A model generated the notes under the pieces. That model saw only the letters and a list, made by a program, of their open reading frames with translations. It ran no database searches and had not been told where the DNA came from. Source: a virus. Taken from it: DNA of 64,000 nt. Shown here one piece after another: positions 1 to 10,033 of this stretch. Position numbers and translations under genes: made by a program. Every line of letters begins with the position of its first letter. Position 1 is the stretch's first letter. The stretch lies in the IMG/VR virus record IMGVR_UViG_3300028920_000029, positions 1 to 64,000 of that record, one strand, 5' to 3'.

Positions 1-745
1 ATAGTTGTTGTATTTCATCTGACGCCTTAGATGAAACGTTCTTTATCTTTGTTATCTCATCCATAATAATAACGTCCCATGTTTTTGGTAGGTTTTCTAT
101 TTCTATCCTAACAGTATCGTACGACATTATCCACAACCAATTAGACTCCATATCTGCCATACCTTCGTGGATCTTTGCCTTACGCTGAACAGCATTACCC
201 TCAACAATGTGAGCCTTTACTCCAGGACAAAACGAGAGTATTTTGTCTACCCAAGGCTTATGTATTTGGTTACTTTCACATACTATTAAACACTTAGAAC
301 CTTTAACTTTATGTAAAGCCATAGCGGCGTATAAAGAAATTATTGTCTTGCCCATCCCAACTTCCAGGGCTAGTAAGTATTTATGCATAAGAAATATTTG
401 ACTTACCACACTCTTTTGGTAGTCATATAACTTTGCCGTAAAGTTGTCCATCTCAGGAAAGTTGCAGCTAGAAACGTCTCCAGCCTTAAGTGACTTTAGT
501 AATTCTGTCTTACTCTTAAAATAGGTGTAAGCATCGTTAATCTTAGTATCTATATTAAATTGTTCCCCAGCTAATTTAAATATATTAAATAAATCATCTA
601 ACTCAGTAACTGGATAATACCAGCTCTTTCGGGCAGCAATCCACTTTCTAGACACACTATTCTTTACCAAGTCCCTAACTATTTGACTATCAGTACTTAT
701 ACGTGCCATACCTGGAAGCATAGCGTCGTACATAATCTCTGTCAT
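1..745 (-). CDS. SNF2/SWI2-family helicase/ATPase (partial, runs off the left edge; not in ORF track)
   Basis: Manual translation from ATG at 745 (RBS AGGAGGT at 751-757 on minus strand): MTEIMYD...KLYDYQK...YLLALEVGMGKT (Q motif and Walker A)...CLIVC...IMSYDTVR...WDVIIMDEITKIKN (SNF2 motif II variant). Confidence 0.85.
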   Translation of the reverse strand, partial: MTEIMYDAMLPGMARISTDSQIVRDLVKNSVSRKWIAARKSWYYPVTELDDLFNIFKLAGEQFNIDTKINDAYTYFKSKTELLKSLKAGDVSSCNFPEMDNFTAKLYDYQKSVVSQIFLMHKYLLALEVGMGKTIISLYAAMALHKVKGSKCLIVCESNQIHKPWVDKILSFCPGVKAHIVEGNAVQRKAKIHEGMADMESNWLWIMSYDTVRIEIENLPKTWDVIIMDEITKIKNVSSKASDEIQQL

Positions 746-779
746 AGACCACCTCCTACACGTATTATACCGAAACATA

Positions 780-1120
780 GCAACATAAACTAGTGTTTCG
801 TATTATGGAACAAGGTATACAAGTTGGAACATATGTTCCATAATGTGGAACTTGTAAGGTATTTTGTCAACCCGTCATTGATGGTACCATCAATGAGTAC
901 AATGGTACTCATTGGTACTCATTGAGTTCATTGGTATCATTGGACCAACCTATGCCAATGGACCAGCTGGGTTCATTGTCCGCGCGTCAATGGATACTTA
1001 AGTACCTAGATACTCTTTTAGTTAGTACTTAAGTATTACGTTCTACTACGTAGAACGTAATATGGGTCGGTAGACCGACCCATATTACGGATGGGTATTA
1101 TACCTTTCGGTATAATACTA
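780..1120. repeat. Palindrome/short-repeat cluster in divergent intergenic region (candidate replication origin or control region)
   Basis: Perfect 22-bp palindrome TCATTGATGGTACCATCAATGA (875-896); many CATTG/CAATG units (876-992); hairpins at 1034-1062, 1056-1089 and 1095-1118; TACTTAAGTA twice. Confidence 0.7.
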
Positions 1121-1151
1121 GTAGGAACATATAAAAGGACAGGAGGACAAT

Positions 1152-1688
1152 ATGTCTTGGGATACTATTAAAGCAATAAACCCAATTGTTTCGCGGCGCA
1201 AGCAGGCGGTGCGGTATATAAAAGATATTCTTATGACTAAGTATAACTTCCCGTATAACGCCTCAGTATTTCAGTTGGACTTCTATAGGCTGTTAAAGAC
1301 TATGGAGTCAGTTCACGAGATGAGTCCATCAGAGATACTGTTAATAATATCCAAGAATCCCTCACTTGTCAATTATATATACAGAAGAAAATATAAGGCG
1401 CTTAAGGATGCCTTGTTGCAGGGTTCTGGAAATGAGAAAAATAGGTTGACAACGTTTGTAACTTTAGTGTATGATTCATACTACAAGAACAAAAGTATTT
1501 TTAAGGCGTTGTTGGAAGTTAGGAAATATCCTTACGATAACTTTAAGAATTTAAAGTTACTAAGTGTTGTAAAGAAAAACTATCCGTTCGTGTTTAGTGA
1601 GGACCACCTAAAGCACGTCAAAGAGAAACTGGACGTGTGTAAGTATGCGGTGTTACTAACCGAGAACGGAATTAAGGAGAGGTACTGA
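1152..1688 (+). CDS. hypothetical protein (basic)
   Basis: ORF with AGGAGG RBS; no recognised motif. Confidence 0.6.
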   Translation: MSWDTIKAINPIVSRRKQAVRYIKDILMTKYNFPYNASVFQLDFYRLLKTMESVHEMSPSEILLIISKNPSLVNYIYRRKYKALKDALLQGSGNEKNRLTTFVTLVYDSYYKNKSIFKALLEVRKYPYDNFKNLKLLSVVKKNYPFVFSEDHLKHVKEKLDVCKYAVLLTENGIKERY

Positions 1689-2308
1689 TGAAGTTGAGTT
1701 ATGAAACATTTCTGGTTAACGATGTACTGCCAGATGACTTATTAGACTATGACCCAGATTTTAGTATTAAAGAATTCTTATCGAGGAAGAGAAGTTTTCT
1801 TTCCAAGTTAGCGGTAGAGGGGTCAGATCTTTTATATCCAGATTGGCTTGACGCAGTTTGTTGTGAGAACAACTTAAACCCAAAAGTTATTCTTGTGAAC
1901 CTACAGAAAGAGCAGAGTTTAGTTACAAAGAAATCAAAACCACCAGAGAAGATTATGAAGCGTGCTCTAGGTTTCGGTATGACTGATAGTGGGGACATAG
2001 AAAAGTATTACGGGTTTGCTAAGCAGAACATTGCAGCCATTAAGTGGTACAATAAGAATATAAGTTCGGCGTCAAGGAAACTTAGTGAAGGTAAGAAACT
2101 CTCAATTACTGTAGACGCTGGACTACTGAAGTTAACTACGGCAACAGTAAACACCTACTTGCTTTATAAATATACTCCATGGACGGGTGCTCCAGGTTCT
2201 TACTATGCTAGAAAGTGGGGTATACACGGAGTATACTTATTTTGGAAACTATGGAAGCAGTGGTGGAGAAAGGATTTAAAGAAATATAACCACGTAGATT
2301 TTAGTTGA
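1688..2308 (+). CDS. putative cell-wall-active protein (NPxVILxxLQKEQ family)
   Basis: Motifs LNPKVILVNLQKEQSLV, ALGFG, YYGFAKQ, LYKYTPW, LFWKLWKQW resemble a conserved domain I recall from actinobacterial/CPR secreted proteins; hydrolase role is inference. Confidence 0.4.
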   Translation: MKLSYETFLVNDVLPDDLLDYDPDFSIKEFLSRKRSFLSKLAVEGSDLLYPDWLDAVCCENNLNPKVILVNLQKEQSLVTKKSKPPEKIMKRALGFGMTDSGDIEKYYGFAKQNIAAIKWYNKNISSASRKLSEGKKLSITVDAGLLKLTTATVNTYLLYKYTPWTGAPGSYYARKWGIHGVYLFWKLWKQWWRKDLKKYNHVDFS

Positions 2309-2338
2309 CATTGACAGTAATTTTAATGTATTATTAAT
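2305..2338 (+). promoter_or_regulatory. sigma70-like promoter
   Basis: Tandem TTGACA (2305, 2311) followed by AT-rich TATTAT/ATTAAT; upstream of the GAAGGAGGAG RBS of the 2357 ORF. Confidence 0.6.
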
Positions 2339-2356
2339 TCATTGAAGGAGGAGCTT

Positions 2357-2998
2357 ATGAAAACTTATTTTAGTTGTCCAAGTTGCAAATTTAAAATCTC
2401 GCCAGAAATGAAAGCAGCGATTAAAGAAGGTAAATGTCCGTCATGTGGAAAGGAGATAGAGGTTAAGGATATTTAATCCGTATTTCTTTTATTACAGACC
2501 TGTGAGGAACTAAAGCTTCCACTATCATCCGCCGACCTACAAAGATTCATTACGGTATTCTTAAAAGATAAGCTTGGTTGTTCGTTTCCTGATATCACTA
2601 TCGAGGAAAGCCTTCAGGATAAGATGGCCATAGCAGCGCAGAAAAGAGAATACACACCTAAGAAAAAACCCGCACCTCAGCCACCAGTTGAGGAGTACGA
2701 TGAAGAGGATATAGAAGATGATGTTGTGTATCCAAGTGCGGAAGATGAGGAAGCGTACGCACCAACCGCTCCTAGTAGACCTGTAGCTCCTAAGAAAAAA
2801 GGTCCGAAGGTTTTGCCTCCTGACCCGTCCAAACTAACCAGAGGTAAGGAAGATAAAGGTATAACATTTTTAGGTAATGATGAAGTTCAGCGGGGGGTTA
2901 ACATATCAGGTAGTAGAACTACCGCCGATGACATTAACGCCGCAGCTGAGGCAGAAGCAAAAAGACCTAGTCCTAAAAAGAATAAAAACGTAGTGTAA
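2357..2998 (+). CDS. zinc-ribbon protein interrupted by one in-frame TAA (2474-2476)
   Basis: ATG 2357 with strong RBS: MKTYFSCPSC...KCPSCGKEIEVKDI*SVFLLLQTCEELKL... The same frame stays open into ORF 2624-2998. Confidence 0.6.
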
Positions 2999-3011
2999 GA
3001 AAGGATATGAT

Positions 3012-3869
3012 ATGGCAGATACAGTTTATGTTGTTGGTTACCAACCAATAGAAACGGTTACACGTAAGTTAAAGATTGTTGACGTCCTTAACTTAGTTAT
3101 ATCAAAGGGGTTAATATCTAATAATATTTTAACTGATGTAGCCAATCATTTATCGACTATAGTTGCGTCAATGGATGACTCAGATTACATACTATTAAAC
3201 TCGGCGCACAACATGAATCTTTTATATGGGTTGTCTAGCCCAAGCGTATTTGTTTACGACCCGTCCATTTCAGCTACTGAGAGAGAACTAACGTCTATAG
3301 TTAGGAACTTACTAATTGGGTTAGGTAGTAACAATACCGCACGATTGTACAGAGATTCTTTAAACAACATAAGGTCTGGAATTACAGAACTAAAAGATCA
3401 GATACCAGCAGATACATATTTTAACCTATTGACTTTACTTACAGATCTTAATAAGTCGGATGTAGAGTCGTTGAATAAATATATATTATCATTAACAAAA
3501 GAAGCTAAGAAGCCGTTTACTAAGAGAGCTATTTACGTGGGAGATGTTATTGACCCAGAGTTTTTTAAGAACTTAGAGGACAGTGGCGTCCACGTCGTTA
3601 AGTATTATCCGTACGAGAACTTCTTACTTCCAGTAGATAGTATGGTTAAGAGTTATTTTAATAACTCGTATTACAACAGAATTTTACTCCACACGAAGAC
3701 CGAGCTCAGAACTGCCCTATTAGAGTATGCCCCGCAGATGTTGATTATCAACCCAGGAGGCATTTACCTAACAGAGATGGAAGCTGATCATTTAGTGGAG
3801 ACGTTTAAGAATGATGTTACGGTTTACAAACTACCAGGAATTTACAAAGGAGTGTCACTACAAACATGA
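3012..3869 (+). CDS. hypothetical protein
   Basis: 285-aa ORF with AAGGA RBS, coupled to the next gene. Confidence 0.6.
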   Translation: MADTVYVVGYQPIETVTRKLKIVDVLNLVISKGLISNNILTDVANHLSTIVASMDDSDYILLNSAHNMNLLYGLSSPSVFVYDPSISATERELTSIVRNLLIGLGSNNTARLYRDSLNNIRSGITELKDQIPADTYFNLLTLLTDLNKSDVESLNKYILSLTKEAKKPFTKRAIYVGDVIDPEFFKNLEDSGVHVVKYYPYENFLLPVDSMVKSYFNNSYYNRILLHTKTELRTALLEYAPQMLIINPGGIYLTEMEADHLVETFKNDVTVYKLPGIYKGVSLQT

Positions 3870-4285
3870 TCCCAGACAAGAAGCTTTTTATTGATCCGTT
3901 TATCGGTGTAGTTAAAGTTGTAACTCCTAAAGATGAGGCGTGGCTTTCGACTGTTAACAAGAAATTTGAAGAACTTCCGACGATTGATGAGTTTGTAGTT
4001 TTTTTAAATGGTATGTACCACACGTGTTCTTGCTTCGGTAAGTTTGCGATGTACAACAAATGGTTGTATCCAAAACTACCAGAGGAAACAGCGATACCTA
4101 AGAAACAGAGAACGGTCGTAGATGCTAAGTTGCATTCAGTGTTTATGAAATGTAATACAAAGTGTTCTAGATGTAAGTTGTATGATAAGTGTATTGAAGT
4201 AGACCTGGAGCGTGAGGAATTATCTGTGCTATGGTTTAATTTATACATAGAACAAGGAAAAAACTTTTTTGAAAGGAGGTTCTAA
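3866..4285 (+). CDS. hypothetical Cys-rich protein
   Basis: ATGA overlap; CxC and CxxxCxxCxxxxxC clusters. Confidence 0.55.
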   Translation: MIPDKKLFIDPFIGVVKVVTPKDEAWLSTVNKKFEELPTIDEFVVFLNGMYHTCSCFGKFAMYNKWLYPKLPEETAIPKKQRTVVDAKLHSVFMKCNTKCSRCKLYDKCIEVDLEREELSVLWFNLYIEQGKNFFERRF

Positions 4286-4287
4286 CT

Positions 4288-4563
4288 ATGACATTGAACA
4301 GTATGGGAGGAGATTTTGAAGGAAACGTAGATAAGGTGGATAAGGATAGATATTTTATTATTGATATGATAGGTATCAATCCTACAAGACCAGGAAATCT
4401 ACAGCCTAGGATTGTTGTATCTAATGCTACTAAGGCGGATATGGATAAGATTAAGGCTGGAGAGGTAAAAATACCTGACCCGATGATTGGCGCTAAACAG
4501 AGAATAACTGTTAAGGTAAGCTCTGTGCGAGATCTCGGTATTAAAGAAGTTCCGAAGGGATAG
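4288..4563 (+). CDS. hypothetical protein
   Basis: AGGAGG RBS; tightly packed. Confidence 0.55.
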   Translation: MTLNSMGGDFEGNVDKVDKDRYFIIDMIGINPTRPGNLQPRIVVSNATKADMDKIKAGEVKIPDPMIGAKQRITVKVSSVRDLGIKEVPKG

Positions 4564-4564
4564 C

Positions 4565-7147
4565 ATGGCTAAGAAGAAAAAGAAAGATAAAGTACAGGCA
4601 TTAGCGATAGATAAGGAAAACTTTTCTTGTGTTAGGTGTGACCTACATAAGACTAAGACTAACTATGTGTTTCCTCACGGAAATATGGATGGAAAGATAT
4701 TGCTTATAGGGGAAGCTCCAGGGAAGGAAGAAGATGTTATGGGCCAGCCCTTTGTCGGTAGGGCTGGCTCTTTACTTCGTAAGGCAGTAGAAAAGGCTGG
4801 TATTGACCCTAGTGAGATAAACATACACAACTGCTGTATGTGTCGCCCACCACAAAATAGGCAGCCATCTAAGACAGAGCTTGAAGCATGCAATCCTTAT
4901 CTTCGTTGGGTTATTGAAAATATGCCAAATCTTAAGTTGGTGGTACTTTTAGGGGCTACCGCACTACAGGCGGTTCTTAAGCTTAAAAAGATTACAGAGA
5001 AGAGAGGAAGTTTAATTGAGAAGGATGGTATGTATTATCTTCCAATGCTCCATCCAGCAGCGATACTTCGTAATATGAATAACCTACCGTTATTTGAAAG
5101 AGACTTTGTATTTGCCCAAGAGATACTATCTGGAGATATTAAGTCTGGGACGTATAACACGGTTAAGAAGATGGATGAGTTTAAGGCGTTGGCTGAAGAA
5201 TTAGTTAAGAGCGATGTAGTTGCTGTTGATATTGAAACGTCTTCGCAGGATGACGGTAGTTTTTCTAACTTTATTAATGACGATATTATTGGTATATCTT
5301 TTGCGTGGAAGGAGTACGAGGGTTGGTATATCCCATTTATAGCTGAGGGGGAGGAGTTATGGAAGAAAGACGAAAAGGAATATATTATTTCTGAATTACG
5401 TAAGGTTCTCAAAATGGAAGGTAAGAAGTTAGTATTTCATAATGGTAAGTTTGACGTTAATTTTTTACGTAAAAGGTTTGACTTAAATTTATATGATGAC
5501 TACAAACACGGCGGTAAGATACGATTTCCGTTTTACTTTGACACTATGCTAGCGCACCAACTCCTAAATGAAAACCAACCCCATGATCTTAAGTGGTTGT
5601 TGAGGGGATACTCAGATATGGCTTTTTACGAGAAAGACCTTAAGATGTTTATTAAAGATAATAAAATAAAAGATTATGGGATGATACCACTTGATATTAT
5701 ATCTAAGTACGCTGCTGCTGACGCAGACGGGACACTAAGGCTATACAATAAATTTTCGAAGAGTATAGTGGATGAAGGTTTTGCGGGTTTATTTTTTGGA
5801 TTAATTATGCCGTTGTGTATGGTTCTATGTGACGTTGAGTATGTCGGGGTTAAGATGTCAAAAACGCTTATGGAAAGTTTAGAGATAAGTTTAAGTAAGA
5901 AGATAGATGATCACAAGTCTAAGATATATCATTTAGCGGGTGAAACATTTAATATTAATTCTAGGCAGCAGTTAGGAAATATACTATTTTATAAGTTGAA
6001 GTTACCTATGCCAGAAAAGAAAACTGCTTCTGGTCAGATATCCACCGATGCAGAGGTGCTAAAAGGTTTGGTTGATAATCATAAAATAGTGGAAGAGCTT
6101 TTAAAGTACTATGAAGTTAAGAAGCTTCACTCAACTTATATAGTTAGTAATCTAAAGAAACTTGATACGGACGATAGGATACATACAAGTTACAAGCAGC
6201 ACGTTGTAGTTACTGGAAGGTTAAGTTCCGCGCATCCAAACCTTCAGAATATACCAGCTCAGGCTGAGTTTAGGAAACTGTTTATTGCCGAGGAAGGGCA
6301 CTCATTTATTATTTCAGACTACTCACAGATAGAACTAAGGGTTATGGCTACGTTTTCTAAGGACCCAGATCTTGTACAGGCTTTTGAATCTGGAGGAGAT
6401 ATTCATACTGAAGTTGCTAAGAAGATTCTTAATAAGCAGGATGGAGATATAATATCTTCAGAAGAGCGAAGATTGGCTAAGACAATTAACTTTGGTCTTG
6501 TGTATGGTATGGGGCCGCTAACATTAGCAGAAAGATTAAATGTATCTATGGAGGACGCAGAAAGATTTTTAAGTACTTACTTTGCTCGGTTTAAGCAAGT
6601 AGCACAGTATCAAAAAGATATAAAGATGTTTGCTAAGAAGAATGGTTATGTTACTACGTTGTTAGGAAGAAAGAGGCGTCTAATAGATATAGATTCAGAT
6701 GTTAGGGGTAAGAGAATGGAAGCGGAGAGGCAGGCATTGAACAGTGGTATACAGGGAACTGCTTCCGAATGTACTAATTTAGCTGCAGTTAAGATATATT
6801 TTGCGTTTAAGGAAGCTAAGATACCCGCCAAGCTCGTACTAACTGTTCACGATGAGTTGGTATACTCTGTTCCAAACGAACACATTCAAGAGGCATCAAA
6901 AATAATTTATAATGTTATGCGTAGCACGGCAGAGAATCTATTAAAGTTACGAGTTGAAGTTGACCAATCTATTAATGATAAGTGGGTCGAGCTTAAGCCT
7001 ACACCGCCGCCAGATAAGATTGAGAAGGATAAAAAGTATGTTGAGGATTATCTTGAAGAGCTTAAGTTACCCAGAGACATGTTTAGTGCTATTGTAGAAA
7101 ACTATAACAAAGAAGTTAACACTTCAGAAAGGGGTAGTACACAATGA
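4565..7147 (+). CDS. polA: DNA polymerase family A with N-terminal family-4 uracil-DNA glycosylase domain (SPO1-like architecture)
   Basis: UDG4: CxxC, GEAPGKEED, PFVGRAG, CRPPQNR, HPAA. 3'-5' exonuclease: DIETS, FHNGKFD, YAAADAD. Polymerase motifs DYSQIELR, RRLAKTINFGLVYG, VHDE. Confidence 0.95.
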   Translation: MAKKKKKDKVQALAIDKENFSCVRCDLHKTKTNYVFPHGNMDGKILLIGEAPGKEEDVMGQPFVGRAGSLLRKAVEKAGIDPSEINIHNCCMCRPPQNRQPSKTELEACNPYLRWVIENMPNLKLVVLLGATALQAVLKLKKITEKRGSLIEKDGMYYLPMLHPAAILRNMNNLPLFERDFVFAQEILSGDIKSGTYNTVKKMDEFKALAEELVKSDVVAVDIETSSQDDGSFSNFINDDIIGISFAWKEYEGWYIPFIAEGEELWKKDEKEYIISELRKVLKMEGKKLVFHNGKFDVNFLRKRFDLNLYDDYKHGGKIRFPFYFDTMLAHQLLNENQPHDLKWLLRGYSDMAFYEKDLKMFIKDNKIKDYGMIPLDIISKYAAADADGTLRLYNKFSKSIVDEGFAGLFFGLIMPLCMVLCDVEYVGVKMSKTLMESLEISLSKKIDDHKSKIYHLAGETFNINSRQQLGNILFYKLKLPMPEKKTASGQISTDAEVLKGLVDNHKIVEELLKYYEVKKLHSTYIVSNLKKLDTDDRIHTSYKQHVVVTGRLSSAHPNLQNIPAQAEFRKLFIAEEGHSFIISDYSQIELRVMATFSKDPDLVQAFESGGDIHTEVAKKILNKQDGDIISSEERRLAKTINFGLVYGMGPLTLAERLNVSMEDAERFLSTYFARFKQVAQYQKDIKMFAKKNGYVTTLLGRKRRLIDIDSDVRGKRMEAERQALNSGIQGTASECTNLAAVKIYFAFKEAKIPAKLVLTVHDELVYSVPNEHIQEASKIIYNVMRSTAENLLKLRVEVDQSINDKWVELKPTPPPDKIEKDKKYVEDYLEELKLPRDMFSAIVENYNKEVNTSERGSTQ

Positions 7148-8007
7148 GTTGGGATGATGTAAGTAAGAATGATGGTTCTGCACCAGGAAAGGAACGTAAA
7201 CAGTTTCTTAAGGTGGAGACCGAAAAAAAGGTTAGGGTTTTAACTGCTCCCGAAATCTTTTACAAGCATTGGACGGGAACAACACTCGGTACAATGACCA
7301 CTGTTAAGTGTCCTGGTAGGGACAAGTGTATGGTGTGTCAGCGTAAACCAGATCAGCCTCCTCGCAAAAGAGGTATTATGGTTGTTCTTGACAGGTCTGA
7401 TGAGCAGTTAAAGTTTTATGATGCTCCGAATACAGTATTAGGGCACCTTAAAGCGTTTCATGAGGACCAATCCTGGGGTCCACTTCATGGATATGACGTA
7501 ACCATAAAAAAGAACGGTACAGGAAGACGTACAGACTACCAGGTTATGCCAAATCCACACAGCGCGTTGCCAGAAGACATTATGGCTAAGGTAAGAGCTG
7601 AGTTGGAAACGTTTGACTTGGTAGCTTTTGCAAGGCCACATACTCCAGAAGAGATTTTAGACATCATTAACGGACGTCCAAAATCTCAAAAGAATGTGGC
7701 TTCACAGTTTAACGTAAACGCAGGTTCAACATCACCGCCTGCACCAGCGCCTAGTGTTGCTCCAGTAAGTGTGGCGCCGAGCAACGTAACGCCGCCGACA
7801 GGTCCAGTACAGCCAGTGCAACCAGTACAGCCTGTACAACCAGTTACACCTGCGCCGTCAGCAGCTCCGCAGGCACCGCCTGCAGTGTCTCCGACACCCG
7901 CGCAGCCCGCGGCTCCTGCTCCGCCACCACCGAGTACGAATCCGCCGAATGCTGGCGGTGATGGTACTAAGACAACCGACGATCCATTCTTTAATAACTT
8001 TCTTTAA
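7144..8007 (+). CDS. single-stranded DNA-binding protein (gp32-like) with Pro-rich linker
   Basis: HW..., CPGxxxCxxC, GYDVTIKKNGTGRRTDYQV; acidic/aromatic C-terminal tip DDPFFNNFL; lies next to the polymerase. Confidence 0.7.
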   Translation: MSWDDVSKNDGSAPGKERKQFLKVETEKKVRVLTAPEIFYKHWTGTTLGTMTTVKCPGRDKCMVCQRKPDQPPRKRGIMVVLDRSDEQLKFYDAPNTVLGHLKAFHEDQSWGPLHGYDVTIKKNGTGRRTDYQVMPNPHSALPEDIMAKVRAELETFDLVAFARPHTPEEILDIINGRPKSQKNVASQFNVNAGSTSPPAPAPSVAPVSVAPSNVTPPTGPVQPVQPVQPVQPVTPAPSAAPQAPPAVSPTPAQPAAPAPPPPSTNPPNAGGDGTKTTDDPFFNNFL

Positions 8008-8016
8008 AGGATAAGT

Positions 8017-8042
8017 TTATGGGGACCTTCGGGTCCCCATAA
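8017..8042 (+). other. stable cUUCGg hairpin after SSB gene
   Basis: TTATGGGGACC-TTCG-GGTCCCCATAA; no U-tract, so more likely mRNA-stabilising or processing than an intrinsic terminator. Confidence 0.6.
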
Positions 8043-8057
8043 CAAAAAGGAGATAAC

Positions 8058-8549
8058 ATGAATGTTTTAGGATTAGATTTATCTACTGTGTCGACTGGGT
8101 GGGCAATTGTTGACGAGAATATTAAGTTAGTCGATAAAGGTATAATAGATTTTGTTTCTAAGACTCCTCACAAGGAGAGGATGGTAATACTATCAGAACT
8201 TATTCAAGAAGTTTTAGATAAGAATGATATAGGTATGGTAGTTATAGAAGATACTTATGTAGCTAAGAACGTTGCTACTACTAAGTTGTTAAATAAGTAT
8301 AGCGGTGTGGCGATTTATACTGTGTATAAGAAGTGTCCTGATACGTGTGATATTGCGGTTTTGTCTCCTCAGACCATACGTTCGGCGCACTTTCCAAAAA
8401 GTAAGAAGCAGCAGACTAAGGAATATATGTATCACTACATAGTAAATAAATTTAGTTTACCCCCAGAAACTGTTAATGATTTAACTGATGCTATAGCTGC
8501 TGCGTGTACACCACATTTAAAGGAGATAGATAGCAAATGGCTGATGTAG
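8058..8549 (+). CDS. ruvC: RuvC-like Holliday junction resolvase
   Basis: VLGLDLSTVSTGWA, VVIED, NDLTDAIA catalytic pattern. Confidence 0.85.
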   Translation: MNVLGLDLSTVSTGWAIVDENIKLVDKGIIDFVSKTPHKERMVILSELIQEVLDKNDIGMVVIEDTYVAKNVATTKLLNKYSGVAIYTVYKKCPDTCDIAVLSPQTIRSAHFPKSKKQQTKEYMYHYIVNKFSLPPETVNDLTDAIAAACTPHLKEIDSKWLM

Positions 8550-8842
8550 AGAATAAGAAGTATACCATATATGTTTTAGGTAACGGTGAGTTCTTAGAGT
8601 TAGGAAACGTAAGCCAAACTGATTATGAAGATTTTGTGCACCTATCCCAGGATGCTCAGAAGGATTTTATAAACAAACGATTGGAAGTTATACCTAAGGA
8701 GCACAGGAAGCATGCAGGATTTTGTAAGGAGAAGAGTAGGCATGTGACTCTTAAGGAGTGTTTGTTATGTGCTAGAGGTAAGAACAAAACTAAAAAAGCT
8801 GAATGGGAAGCATGTAAGAATACGCACTTAGAAAGATATTAG
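8537..8842 (+). CDS. hypothetical Cys/His-containing protein
   Basis: AAGGAG RBS; C...CxxC...C pattern. Confidence 0.55.
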   Translation: MADVENKKYTIYVLGNGEFLELGNVSQTDYEDFVHLSQDAQKDFINKRLEVIPKEHRKHAGFCKEKSRHVTLKECLLCARGKNKTKKAEWEACKNTHLERY

Positions 8843-8947
8843 ATAGGGACTAGATAGACCCGAGCCAGGCGACCGCTCTTTAGCAATGGTGTAATGTGGG
8901 TAAAATAGAATTAAACGCTACAAGCGTTATATTCCTAAAGGAGGCAA

Positions 8948-10033
8948 GTGATGCCCAAGAAAAAATCAAAAGAAAGAACTAACGACACAGTCGACAAGAA
9001 TGTGAAGGGAGACTTACAGGCTAGGTTGGCAGCAGTTAATGCTAAGCTAGCTAAGACGATGGATATAGTTCCATCTTTGCAGCACGAAGAGAAGGAGTTA
9101 ACTTTAAGACCTACAGGAGTTAAAACTTTAGATAACGCTTTATCTGGAGGATTTACTGAGGGAAGAGTAGTTGAGTTGTTTGGTGAGGAGCAGAGCGGTA
9201 AGTCTCTTATCTCTTTACTTACTATTGCGGAAGCGCAAAAATCTGGGAAGGTTTGTATGCTTGTTGATGCTGAGCAGGGGTATGTTCCTGATTGGGGAGC
9301 AAAGCTTGGGGTTGATAATGACAGTCTAATAAAGCTTAGGCAGAATGTTGTTGAGCCAGTATTCCAAACCATAGAGGCGTATGCTAAAGAGGATCTGGTT
9401 GATGTAGTGGTTATTGACAGTATAGCTAACATGGCGTCTAACTCCATGACAGAGAGTGAGATGGGAGCCGCGCAGTACTCCCCAGTGGCGTTAGCTATGT
9501 CACGCATACTTCCACTTATGTTACCGACACTTGCTGACCACAATGTTACACTAATACTCATTAACCAGGTAAGGGATGAGATTGGAGGATATCAAAAGTC
9601 ACTTAAAACTCCTGGCGGAAGGGCCATACGGCACGCCGCGTCCACAAGGATAAGAGTGTTTAAGTCTGGTTCATCTAAGTTAATTCGTCATGCCGAAGCT
9701 GTGACAGGTGTGGAAATAATGTGTGAGGTTAAAAAGCACAGAGGCGGAGCTAACTTTAGGACCGCAGAATTTAGAATAGACTATGAAAAAGGATTTGACA
9801 GGGAGTACGACCTCGCAACAGCTATGTTAGGTAAGGGAATGATAACACGGGCTGGAGCGTTTTATACAGTGTTGGCTACTGGAGCCAAACATCAGGGTTT
9901 TGAAAATCTTCTTGACGCGATGAGAGGAGACGAGCCGTACAGACAGAGACTGGAGGAAATATATAATGGAACCTATACAGCCGATACTGCAAAGTCCACC
10001 ACAGATACACCTGAATCGCCAGTACAAGAATAG
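8948..10033 (+). CDS. recA: RecA/UvsX recombinase
   Basis: PTGVKTLDNALSGG, GEEQSGKS (Walker A), VDAEQ, VVIDSIA, ILINQVR, TPGGRAIRHAASTRI. Confidence 0.93.
   Translation: MMPKKKSKERTNDTVDKNVKGDLQARLAAVNAKLAKTMDIVPSLQHEEKELTLRPTGVKTLDNALSGGFTEGRVVELFGEEQSGKSLISLLTIAEAQKSGKVCMLVDAEQGYVPDWGAKLGVDNDSLIKLRQNVVEPVFQTIEAYAKEDLVDVVVIDSIANMASNSMTESEMGAAQYSPVALAMSRILPLMLPTLADHNVTLILINQVRDEIGGYQKSLKTPGGRAIRHAASTRIRVFKSGSSKLIRHAEAVTGVEIMCEVKKHRGGANFRTAEFRIDYEKGFDREYDLATAMLGKGMITRAGAFYTVLATGAKHQGFENLLDAMRGDEPYRQRLEEIYNGTYTADTAKSTTDTPESPVQE

Noticed and set aside
875-992. CRISPR-like array
   Set aside because: Units are only 5-10 bp, in mixed orientation, with no unique spacers and no cas genes.
2474-2476. 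Genome-wide stop-codon recoding
   Set aside because: TAA, TAG and TGA all end conserved genes normally and coding density is high under the standard code.
8843-8947. tRNA or ribozyme upstream of recA
   Set aside because: Only a short AACGCT/AGCGTT hairpin; no cloverleaf or convincing ribozyme core.
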